Shown: positions 1 to 9,349 of the stretch, in pieces
How the letters are laid out: every line of letters starts with the position of its first letter
Numbering within the stretch: position 1 is the stretch's first letter
Assembly (NCBI GenBank): GCA_965218295.1
Contig: CBDCKN010000014.1
Span: 64,001 to 128,000 of the forward strand
Direction of reading: 5' to 3'
DNA: 64,000 bases
DNA from: Longimicrobiales bacterium
Lineage (GTDB): Bacteria; Gemmatimonadota; Gemmatimonadetes; Longimicrobiales; Gaopeijiaceae
The notes under the pieces: generated by a model
Seen by the model: the letters and a program-made list of their open reading frames with translations, nothing else
Databases searched by the model: none
Told to the model about the DNA's origin: nothing
Position numbers and translations under genes: made by a program

Positions 1-962
1 TCGTCATAGGCGCCGGCGATCCCCGCACCCCCCCCCCACCATGCAGCCAGGGACCGAGCTGGAGCCTCCCGCTCTCACGTGCGCGCTCCCCTCCCCGCTC
101 GCGGATCGCGTTGAACAGCCTGCTCTGAGCATCGGTGTAGCGATCGTACCAGCTCGCGTAGTGGAAGATCGGCACGTCGATCTTTTCGATCTGTTCGTTC
201 ACGTTGAGTTCCCGCCAATAATCATTGTAGTACGGGTTCTCGATCAGGTCCTGGAACATGTCCGACATGATGGCGTCCCGGATCGACAGGTTCCCCTCCT
301 GCTTCCGGCGGTACCATTCGAACCAGGCGTCATCCGGCACGGACACGCTGGGGCCGGCCGTCTGCCTGCCCACGGCGAGGGGACGGGGCTTAGCCATCTC
401 GCGTTGAGTCAGCAGCCATCCGGGGAGGTGCATCTGGAGAGCGCCCCCCTGGTAGTGGATGTACCGGTAGGGGTCGCCGAAGGCGTGGGCGCAGAAGACC
501 GCGGCCAGGTGGGGGGGGGTCGTGGGGGAGGATCGCGTACTGGTTCACGCAGGGGAACGAGAGCCCCATCGTTCCGACCTTGCCGGAGGACCAGGGCTGC
601 GTCCCCGCCCACTCCACCGCGTCGTGGCCGTCGGGACCGAAGATCCGGTACCAGTAGTACTCCCCTTCCGACCGGTAGCGACCCCGCTCGTCCTGGATCA
701 GCACCGCGTATCCCCGTGCCGCGAAGTAGTCGGCATGCGGATAGCTGCAGTCGCTCTTGTCGTAGGGGGTCCGCTCCATGATCACCGGCCAAGGGCCGGT
801 CCCCTGGGTGGGAAGGTAGACGTCCGTGGCCAGCCTGACGCCGTCGCGCATTGGGACCATCACCTCCCGGCACTCGTAGGTCTGCGGCGCGGCCGGGCGG
901 GGAGCCGCCAGGACCGATACGGCGACGGCAAGGCAATGGAGGATCCGGGTCTTCCTGCTCAT
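1..962 (-). pseudogene. CocE/NonD family (S15) hydrolase, frameshifted at a G9 tract, runs off the window start
   Basis: Signal peptide, then VPMRDGVRLATDVYLP, ERTPY, QDERGRYRSEG and DGHDAVEW. After the G9 at 511-519 another frame continues HLAAVFCAHAFGDPYRY...DVPIFHYASWYD...LGPWLH. Confidence 0.85.
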
Positions 963-1432
963 TCTTCTTCCTCCGGGTTTGGTGCCAGAAGTGGGGGCGG
1001 CAGCGCGGGACGGCGGCCCCGATGAAGCTGGCGGGTGACGATATGGCTGTAGTCCCAGTCCGAGCACCGGATCGAGACCTGACCCTCTCCGGGGTTGCGT
1101 CCGGTCCGCCCCGGAGCCGGGTTGCTGGTGACGAAGCCCGGCGAGATGAACAGTGTCCTAGTGCCCGGGCGGGAGGAGACCGGACACGTTACAATGCTGC
1201 GCGGACCCGGCGTGGTCAAGGAAGGGCGGAGGCGGGGTGGAATCGCCGCGCCCGAGGCGGCGATCACGTACCGGATCCGGCACGGTCATGAACAGCGCCG
1301 GGACGCCGCATGACGGACCCGTCGTCCCCTTCGAACGCTCGTGGCCCCACGTCCTCCCTATGGACCCCGAAGGGGGCCCCCCATTGCCCTCTCGGGCGAC
1401 GGGCCCCGGCCCGATCCGAGGAGAAAAAGTCC

Positions 1433-1461
1433 TTGACGCTCCGTCCCGCCCCCCGTATTCT
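1433..1461 (+). promoter_or_regulatory. sigma70-like promoter
   Basis: TTGACG (1433-1438), 17-nt spacer, TATTCT (1456-1461), upstream of the ATG at 1539. Confidence 0.5.
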
Positions 1462-1545
1462 TTTCCAGCGAAAAGACCCTTAGGATTCACGCGGCTTGGC
1501 GGACATCGACCCGTAGGTCCAGTTCGTGGAGCCGACGCATGAGGG

Positions 1546-1737
1546 GTCCTGGAGGGGAGCCGGCTGAGCTGGGATCTGGGGCTTTCCCTGGCGACCAACA
1601 AGAACCGGGTGGAGGACCTGGCAGGCCTGGCAGCGATCTCGCTGAGCAGGAGCCGACAGCACCGGGAGGGCTTCCCCCTGTCCAGCTTCTTCTTCCGGAG
1701 GGTGGTCTCGGCCGAGTTCGTCTCTGGAAACAGCGGC
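1546..1737 (+). pseudogene. internal fragment of a SusC/RagA-like TonB-dependent receptor
   Basis: Frame reads LSWDLGLSLATNKNRVEDLAG...QHREGFPLSSFFFRRVVSAE, which resembles SusC barrel strands. Confidence 0.55.
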
Positions 1738-3405
1738 GGGCCCGCTTCTGGAGGTCGCCCAACGAAGAGACCCTGCTGGAGCCGGGCCGGGTCTACCGGC
1801 TCGACGTGAACATGTTCCCCACCGCGAACGTGTTCAAGAGGGGACACCGAGGTTGGGTCAATAGGTGTGTAAACGTATTAGGCGGCGTTCTTCCGCTGTT
1901 GGTGTGAGACGGGCTTTCCGTCTTCGAACTTTCTTCCTTCAAATACGTCCTTGAGGAGGTGAGGAGCGTCGAGCCTTCGGAACCGCTTCTCGGCCACCAA
2001 GAGCAACTTCCAGATTAGCGCCGTAAGCGCTCTCGACCCGCTTGAACCGCTTCGCTGCTGTCGTCCTGAGCCGTACCGCGGCGAACGGGCTCTCGACCAC
2101 GTTCGTCGTGCGTAGATGCTTCCAGTGGTCCTCGGGGAAGTCGTAGAACGCTACCATCCGCTCCCAGTCGTCCTCGAGTACGTCCACTGCTTTCGGATAC
2201 CACGGCCTATAGCGTCGGGCGAACACCTCGCGGGCCTTCAGGGCCTCGGCCCGGCTCGGTGCGTAGACCACGGCCCGGAGAAGATCCTTCGCCTCGCCCT
2301 GCTCCCGCTGAGGTAGTCGGTCCAGCACGTTCCTCATCTTGTGGTTCCAGCACCGTTGCTCACCCGCCTCAGGCCATACCTGCCGTACTGCGCCCCAGAT
2401 CGCAGCGTTACCGTCCGCCATCAGAAGCCGGGGCGCCTCGATGCCGCGTGCCTTCAGGTCCCGCAACACCTCGGACCAGGACTCGACCGACTCTCGGTAG
2501 CCCGCTCTCAGGGCCAACACCTCTTTCGTCCCGTCTCGCATGGCACCCAGCACCACCAGCAGCGCCGCTTTGTCCCGCTCCAGCCCTGCCTTCACATAGA
2601 TCCCGTCCGCCCACACGTAGACGACCTCACGACCCTCCAGGCGACGCTGGCTCCATTCCTCGAACTCCGCCGTCCATCCCGCCCGCAGCCGCCGAATCGA
2701 AGACTTCGACAGCGGTGCCCCCTCGCCCAGCAGGCCCCGCATCGCCAACTCGAAGTCTCCCTCCGCCAGTCCGTGCAGATACAGCTCCGGAAGCAGAGCG
2801 CCCAGCTCCTTCGTCCGCCTCGCGAACAACGGCAGCACGCGGCTCTCGAACCGCTCCTCAAGGCCTCGAACTCGAGGGCGTCGGAGTGTGATCGTGCCCG
2901 AGCTCATCGCCAGCCGCCTCGGCTTGCCGTATCCGTTGCGGTAGCCCTCGGTCGCGTCCACCACCCTCCTGCGCTCTGACTTCTCTCGCCCTAGCAACTC
3001 CGTGACTTCCTCCTCCAAGATCTGTTGAATGAACTCCTGCGCCTTCTCCCGAACCACTTCTTCCAGAACTTCCCACACGGGCGTCCTGGACTCACCCTCG
3101 GGTCCCACCGTATTCTTCCTCACGAGGCGTCGTTCCTTTCCCCCGGGCTGTCACCCGGAGTTCGCTGGTTATTACTCAGCGGAAAGGTACGTCGCCTCTC
3201 TTTTTACACACCCTTTGATCCTAGCTCGGGACACCGGATCCGGGTGGACGTCTCCAGCTCGAACTTCCCGCGCTTCGACGTGAACCCGAACACGGGGGAG
3301 CCCCTGGGACGACACCGGCGCATGATCGAGGCCGACAACACGATCCATCACAGCGCCACCCACACGTCCCATATCGTCCTGCCCATCGTACCTTCGGCGC
3401 GGTGA
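1738..3405 (+). pseudogene. C-terminal remnant of a CocE/NonD hydrolase, split by IS256
   Basis: ARFWRSPNEETLLEPGRVYRLDVNMFPTANVFKRGH (to 1848) resumes at 3228 as GHRIRVDVSSSNFPRFDVNPNTGEP; close paralog of 5126-5421. Confidence 0.85.
1849..3227 (-). mobile_element. IS256-family element, copy 1; transposase 3123 to about 1878 with an extra A near 2025
   Basis: Mutator-type transposase (GYRNGY, WADGIY, QRCWNHK, RTTNVVES). Imperfect terminal IRs GAGGTTGGGTCAATAGGTGTGTAAA / GAGCTAGGATCAAAGGGTGTGTAAA. 8-bp TSD GGGACACC at 1841-1848 and 3228-3235. Confidence 0.95.
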
Positions 3406-3510
3406 GCTCGGCATCAGGACGGCCTCCCGGGGGGCGGGCGATCCGTCGCGCCGCCGGAGCAGGCACCCTTCGAGCGAAAGGAATGAAGGAAGGGGAAGGA
3501 AAGGAAAGGT

Positions 3511-5421
3511 ATGCGAATGATGAGACGACGTTCAACGAAGGTGATGACCGTCGCAGCGGGCGCCCTCCTCTGGGCCCCCGCTGCCGGCGCGGTGCAGACG
3601 GAGGCCCCGCCCTACGATGGCGTTGCCGTCGAGACCGACCTCATGATCCCCATGCGGGACGGGGTGAAGCTGGCCACGGACATCTACCGGCCGGCCCGGA
3701 ACGGTGTCCCCGTGGAGGAGCCCCTCCCCGTCCTCCTCTACCGGACGCCGTACGACAAGACGCGCTGGAGATCTCCTCCTCAGGGGATCTCCCAGAGGGA
3801 GTTTTTCGTGAAGCACGGGTACGTGGTGGTGGTGCAGGACACCCGGGGCCGGTACAAGTCGGAGGGGCTCTTCCCCTACAAGTACCACGAGTTCGACGCC
3901 CCCGACGGGTACGACACCATCGAGTGGCTGGCGAACCTGCCGTACACGAACGGCAAGACCGGGATGTGGGGGACCTCGTACAACGGCCTCACGCAGGTCG
4001 ACGCCTCCAAGACGAATCCGCCGCACCTCACCACCATCGTGCCCAACCACGGCTCCATCTGGAACTCCTGGGAGCACCACATCCGCCATCAGGGGGCCTA
4101 TCACTGGGCGATCCAGCTGCCGTGGGCGCTCACCTCCGGGCTGCCGGGTGAACCACGTGCTTCCCTGCACGAGGAGTTCAGCCGGGAGGAGGCGATGGAC
4201 TGGCTCAGGGCGTTCCCCATCCGGAAGGGGTTAAGCCCCCTGGCCATGGCTCCGAACATCGAAGGCTACATCATTTCCCAGTCCACGCAGGGGGAGGCGA
4301 AGTACTACAGGGGGATCGGCCGGAACTGGGAGGACTACTACGAGCAGACCGCCGACATCCCCATGCTCCACATCGGGGGGTGGTGGGACGTCCTGAACGG
4401 GGGGATCGTCCAGAACTACGTCGGCCTGTCGAAGAAGAAGGGGCCCGTCCGTCTCCTGGTCGGCCCCTGGGACCACGGTAAGAATGACTGGACCTGGGCC
4501 GGCGAGGTGGAGTTCGGGCCCGAGTCGGCCGTCCACGACTTCCACACCTACTTCCACCTCCGGTGGTTTGACCACTTCATCAAGGGGAAGACCACCGAGG
4601 TGGAGGACGAGGCCGACGTCCGGGTGTTTGTCATGGGCACCGGCGACGGCCACAAGGACGGCAACGGCCGCCTCTTCCACGGCGGCTACTGGAGGGACGA
4701 GAGCGCCTGGCCGCTCCCGGGCACCCGCTTCACCAACTACTACTTCCACGGGGACGGGAGCCTGAGCCCCGCCATGTCCGGCTCCGGGCCCCCCTCCACC
4801 ACCTACAGCTTCGACCCGGCGGACCCCGTCCCCTCCATCGGGAGCGCCTACTGGATCTCCCCCGGCCCCTACGACCAGCACGAGCGGGAGGACCACTTCG
4901 GCTCGAAGCTCCCCTACCTCCCCCTCAAGGCCCGTCCCGACGTGGTGGTCTTCCAGACCGAGCCGCTCCAGGAGGACGTGGAGGTGGTGGGGCCCCTGGT
5001 GGTGAAGCTCTTCGTCTCCTCCTCCGCCCTGGACACCGACTTCACCGCCAAGCTGGTGGACGTCTACCCCCCCAGCCGGGACTACCCCCGGGGCTTCGAC
5101 ATGAACCTGGCGGACGGGATCTTCCGGGCCCGCTTCTGGAAGTCACCCGACGAGGAGAACTTGCTGGAGCCGGGGGAGGTCTACGAGCTCGACATCAAGC
5201 TCTTCCCCACCGCTAACCTCTTCAAGGAGGGGCACCGGATCCGGGTGGACATCTCCAGCTCGAACTTCCCCAAGTTCGACGTGAACCCCAATACCGGGGA
5301 GCCCCTGGGACGACACCGGCGCATGATCGAGGCCGACAACACGATCCATCACAGCAGCGCCACCCACCCGTCCCACATCGTCCTCCCCCTCGTCCCTTCG
5401 GGGCGCGGCGGGGAGCGCTGA
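3511..5421 (+). CDS. secreted CocE/NonD family hydrolase
   Basis: Signal peptide, IPMRDGVKLATD, RTPY, GTSYNG nucleophile, GGWWD, GPWDH and a PepX_C-like C-terminus. True start may be 3517-3544. Confidence 0.95.
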   Translation: MRMMRRRSTKVMTVAAGALLWAPAAGAVQTEAPPYDGVAVETDLMIPMRDGVKLATDIYRPARNGVPVEEPLPVLLYRTPYDKTRWRSPPQGISQREFFVKHGYVVVVQDTRGRYKSEGLFPYKYHEFDAPDGYDTIEWLANLPYTNGKTGMWGTSYNGLTQVDASKTNPPHLTTIVPNHGSIWNSWEHHIRHQGAYHWAIQLPWALTSGLPGEPRASLHEEFSREEAMDWLRAFPIRKGLSPLAMAPNIEGYIISQSTQGEAKYYRGIGRNWEDYYEQTADIPMLHIGGWWDVLNGGIVQNYVGLSKKKGPVRLLVGPWDHGKNDWTWAGEVEFGPESAVHDFHTYFHLRWFDHFIKGKTTEVEDEADVRVFVMGTGDGHKDGNGRLFHGGYWRDESAWPLPGTRFTNYYFHGDGSLSPAMSGSGPPSTTYSFDPADPVPSIGSAYWISPGPYDQHEREDHFGSKLPYLPLKARPDVVVFQTEPLQEDVEVVGPLVVKLFVSSSALDTDFTAKLVDVYPPSRDYPRGFDMNLADGIFRARFWKSPDEENLLEPGEVYELDIKLFPTANLFKEGHRIRVDISSSNFPKFDVNPNTGEPLGRHRRMIEADNTIHHSSATHPSHIVLPLVPSGRGGER

Positions 5422-5460
5422 GGCTTTCGTCCACATCAACGCGTCCCCGCAACCGGAGCA

Positions 5461-5494
5461 GTGGCCGGGATCCTCTCTCCAGGATCCCGGCCAC
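5461..5494. terminator. perfect 14-bp hairpin downstream of the CocE gene
   Basis: GTGGCCGGGATCCT-ctctcc-AGGATCCCGGCCAC; no U-tract. Confidence 0.4.
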
Positions 5495-5529
5495 CCGCAT
5501 TAGGGCCCACCCGGCTACCTGGGACGCGC

Positions 5530-5707
5530 GAGATCCCGCCCTGAGCCGCCGGACCTTCGTCACGCCCCAGGGAGAGAGCACCCGGAGGAAGTGCGTGACG
5601 CCGGCGGGAACGTAGTGGGCCCACAGGTGGGGGTTGTGGATGGGAAAGGGGACGATGGTGAACCGGCCGGGATCCATCTCGGCCTCCACCAGCGAAACCT
5701 GCACCAT
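5530..5707 (-). pseudogene. fragment of a nucleotidyltransferase (NMN adenylyltransferase-like)
   Basis: MVQVSLVEAEMDPGRFTIVPFPIHNPHLWAHYVP...FLRVLSPWG resembles the C-terminal part of cytidylyltransferase-like proteins. Confidence 0.4.
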
Positions 5708-5709
5708 GA

Positions 5710-8035
5710 GGCAAGATGCGTGAGAAGCAGCCCAGTGATCTCGTTCGCCACATCGTTATCGTTCTCGGACTGCTCAGGACCGAGGGTTTTGCCGAGGGTG
5801 TCGACGATGAGGAGACGGGCTCCGGTCTGTTCCAGCGTGGCGATGAGACCCTCCTCGAAGACGGGGTCGTCAAACCGAGTTGGGTACCGGTTGATGACCA
5901 CGCGTCCGTCCAGGACTTCAAAGAATTCCTCGACCGTGGAGTCCTCAGACAGCAAGTCGTGTTCGACAAGCCACCCCAGGATCCGGATCGGAAAGTCGCG
6001 ATGCCCCTCCGCAATGAGGAAGATCACCGGAGACTCGGATATCTCGGACCCAAGCCAGGAACAGCCGAAAGCCACAGACAATCCCAGGTCGATAGCCAAC
6101 CAGGTCTTACCCAGGGAGAAATTGGATACAAGCGCACCCACACCCCCCGCCGGGACACGACCCTCCACGAGGTACGGCCCCTCCACCGCGACGTCGTCGG
6201 CCGTCAGCTCTCGGAGGAGGGGTGCCCCGGCCTGGTCCCGCGTGAACCCCCCTCGTTCACTAGGTGGTGCGTACCATCGGAATAATCGGCGCCCCTCGTG
6301 CACCGACCCTACCCGGTTCTTTAGCTCCTTGGCGACTGCTGCTTCTACGATCCGTCGCTCCCGCTGCGGGAGGTCAGACATTGCAGAGTGCACCTGATCC
6401 AAGGCGGCTGAGCTAGGATCAAAGGGTGTGTAAAAAGAGAGGCGACGTACCTTTCCGCTGAGTAATAACCAGCGAACTCCGGGTGACAGCCCGGGGGAAA
6501 GGAACGACGCCTCGTGAGGAAGAATACGGTGGGACCCGAGGGTGAGTCCAGGACGCCCGTGTGGGAAGTTCTGGAAGAAGTGGTTCGGGAGAAGGCGCAG
6601 GAGTTCATTCAACAGATCTTGGAGGAGGAAGTCACGGAGTTGCTAGGGCGAGAGAAGTCAGAGCGCAGGAGGGTGGTGGACGCGACCGAGGGCTACCGCA
6701 ACGGATACGGCAAGCCGAGGCGGCTGGCGATGAGCTCGGGCACGATCACACTCCGACGCCCTCGAGTTCGAGGCCTTGAGGAGCGGTTCGAGAGCCGCGT
6801 GCTGCCGTTGTTCGCGAGGCGGACGAAGGAGCTGGGCGCTCTGCTTCCGGAGCTGTATCTGCACGGACTGGCGGAGGGAGACTTCGAGTTGGCGATGCGG
6901 GGCCTGCTGGGCGAGGGGGCACCGCTGTCGAAGTCTTCGATTCGGCGGCTGCGGGCGGGATGGACGGCGGAGTTCGAGGAATGGAGCCAGCGTCGCCTGG
7001 AGGGTCGTGAGGTCGTCTACGTGTGGGGCGGACGGGATCTATGTGAAGGCAGGGCTGGAGCGGGACAAAGCGGCGCTGCTGGTGGTGCTGGGTGCCATGC
7101 GAGACGGGACGAAAGAGGTGTTGGCCCTGAGAGCGGGCTACCGAGAGTCGGTCGAGTCCTGGTCCGAGGTGTTGCGGGACCTGAAGGCACGCGGCATCGA
7201 GGCGCCCCGGCTTCTGATGGCGGACGGTAACGCTGCGATCTGGGGCGCAGTACGGCAGGTATGGCCTGAGGCGGGTGAGCAACGGTGCTGGAACCACAAG
7301 ATGAGGAACGTGCTGGACCGACTACCTCAGCGGGAGCAGGGCGAGGCGAAGGATCTTCTCCGGGCCGTGGTCTACGCACCGAGCCGGGCCGAGGCCCTGA
7401 AGGCCCGCGAGGTGTTCGCCCGACGCTATAGGCCGTGGTATCCGAAAGCAGTGGACGTACTCGAGGACGACTGGGAGCGGATGGTAGCGTTCTACGACTT
7501 CCCCGAGGACCACTGGAAGCATCTACGCACGACGAACGTGGTCGAGAGCCCGTTCGCCGCGGTACGGCTCAGGACGACAGCAGCGAAGCGGTTCAAGCGG
7601 GTCGAGAGCGCTACGGCGCTAATCTGGAAGTTGCTCTTGGTGGCTGAGAAGCGGTTCCGAAGGCTCGACGCTCCTCACCTCCTCAAGGACGTATTTGAAG
7701 GAAGAAAGTTCGAAGACGGAAAGCCCGTCTCACACCAACAGCGGAAGAACGCCGCCTAATACGTTTACACACCTATTGACCCAACCTCAGGCGGCTGGAA
7801 GATCCTGCCAATCCACATCCCCGAGCAGCTCGGTCGACCTGATGCCTCGGAGGAAGCCACAAGACGATTCTGTCGCATCGGGTTGCGTGATGTCGAGGTC
7901 TGCCTCGAACAAGTCCCGGACGTCGGAGGCCTGGCCCTGGAGCCAATCCCATCCGACCCGGAAGGGCGGTACGAAGCTCTCCCACTCCCGCTCAACCAGA
8001 TCGGGGTCGTTCCAGCCCTCCCAACGGGCATATGT
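5710..8035 (-). pseudogene. phage/satellite primase-helicase remnant (PriCT-2-like tail plus AAA_25/RepA-like helicase), split by IS256
   Basis: Removing the IS restores one frame: YARWEGWNDPDLVEREWESFVPPFRVGWDWL...QDLPAA|LDQVH...; then Walker A-like SLGKTWLAIDL, FLIAEG, Walker B LLIVDTL and SENDN. Truncated at both ends. Confidence 0.75.
6410..7788 (+). mobile_element. IS256-family element, copy 2; transposase 6514-7759 with an extra G near 7025
   Basis: Near-identical inverted copy of 1849-3227; 8-bp TSD AGGCGGCT at 6402-6409 and 7789-7796. Confidence 0.95.
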
Positions 8036-8170
8036 AGGGGCTCGGCTCTCTCTCTCCTTGTGCGCCGGTCATCCGACGCAGTCCTCCTTGCAGCAGGCGC
8101 GGCTTGCTCAGTACGCAAAGGCGGGCAAGCTTCTGCTAGTACGAAAGACAAGAATGAGCGGGAAGCGTTG

Positions 8171-8896
8171 ATGCATGCCATAGAAACTATTCGGCCATCC
8201 ATGCATCAACTCAGGATCGTTGATGGTGAGAAACTCAGGGGCGTGCTCCGCGAGCTGTACGAAGAGCACGGGCCTGAGCGGGAGCCAGCGGAGTGGCTGG
8301 GGCTTCAGCAGCCGACCTTCCACAAGCTATTGACGGGCAAGACTAAGAAGGCGATCAGCTTCACTACGTACTCGAAGATCTGCGTCGCGCTCGGCGGCCA
8401 GCCGCATGCACACGGCCGGGAGATGGAGCTGGTCCCCCCGTTCGCACCGAGACCCGATGAACCGGAATCATACGACCAACGCCGAAAGCTGGCCCTCTAC
8501 CGAGCCGTCGAGCCTTTGGCTGACGCGGTCGATACTTGGGATGTCGAGCGGTCGTGGGCGGAACTGGATGCCGCCGATCTCCTGCGCCCCTATCTCAGGG
8601 CCGCCCTCAAGCGTGAGGCGGTCCTGCTCCGTGGACGGGGGCGTGAGTTCGAGAGGGTCAGGAAGGCCCGTCCCCCGATGACGTACTATGAGTACCTGGG
8701 TGAGTTGACCGTTAGAGACCATTTCTTCGAGGACAACCCGGGCGCGACCGAGGCAGACTGGCAGGCTGCCCTCAAGGCTTCCGAACAGGAAGAGGAAATA
8801 GAGACCGTGGGGATCGGCACTCGCCCGGAGGCACACGCTCACAACCCCTCGGGCAAGTGCCGGGGCGAGTGGACGGTGAGGTCACTCGCCCCGTGA
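8171..8896 (+). CDS. hypothetical protein with XRE/HTH-like N-terminus (possibly degenerate or chimeric)
   Basis: EKLRGVLRELY...AEWLGLQQPTFHKLLTGKTKKAISFTTYSKI is HTH-like; divergent from the primase-helicase. Confidence 0.5.
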   Translation: MHAIETIRPSMHQLRIVDGEKLRGVLRELYEEHGPEREPAEWLGLQQPTFHKLLTGKTKKAISFTTYSKICVALGGQPHAHGREMELVPPFAPRPDEPESYDQRRKLALYRAVEPLADAVDTWDVERSWAELDAADLLRPYLRAALKREAVLLRGRGREFERVRKARPPMTYYEYLGELTVRDHFFEDNPGATEADWQAALKASEQEEEIETVGIGTRPEAHAHNPSGKCRGEWTVRSLAP

Positions 8897-9005
8897 AAAG
8901 CCAGTGGGGCAGCGGACGGGCGCGTGTGGGCGCGTGCGGGGCGAGTCGAAGGCATCACCACTCGCCCCGGTAGGGTGTGCCCGTAAGGGCACCCCCGGGC
9001 GAGTG
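8818..9005. repeat. cluster of about 7 CGGGGCGAGTG-like motifs in both orientations (iteron/origin-like)
   Basis: Copies at about 8818, 8850, 8861, 8883, 8937, 8959 and 8995. Confidence 0.7.
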
Positions 9006-9115
9006 AGCCCGAGTTAGGAGAAGGACAAGGAGCACTGGAACACACCCCCTGCCATCAGGGGGTCGTCGGTTTTCGTACAGGCGCTTCGGAACCCGTCGGT
9101 ACATGGTCCCACTCG

Positions 9116-9243
9116 TTGCCCATCCACGCATCCGCTCGTCACATCCTTGCATGGGCGAACGGTGAGAGTGCACCTTGGCATGGGCACGGCCTCGCCTCGA
9201 TCAAGCCGGGTGCCGGACTCGGAAAGGGTCTTAAAATGCCTAT
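9116..9243. repeat. dispersed IS-end-like repeat, copy A
   Basis: Shares TTGCCCATCCACGCATCCG and CTCGCCTCGATCAAGC.GGGTGCCGGACTCGGAAAGGGTCTT(T)AAAATGCCTAT with 28581-28726. Confidence 0.75.
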
Positions 9244-9349
9244 GGCGCCGCTCCATCGCACAAATCGGGTTGGGCGCGCTCCTTGGCGTTCCGTTGGCCG
9301 TGTGGCTCTTCCGGTCCCTTGCTAGGATCCATTTCATGACCCAGTTGGC

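Noticed and set aside
6994..7040. Programmed frameshift in the IS256 transposase
   Set aside because: Copies 1, 3 and 4 are in frame at this position, and IS256 transposases are single ORFs.
1849..7788. Composite transposon of two inverted IS256 copies carrying the CocE gene
   Set aside because: Each copy has its own intact 8-bp TSD and splits a different gene, so they are independent insertions.
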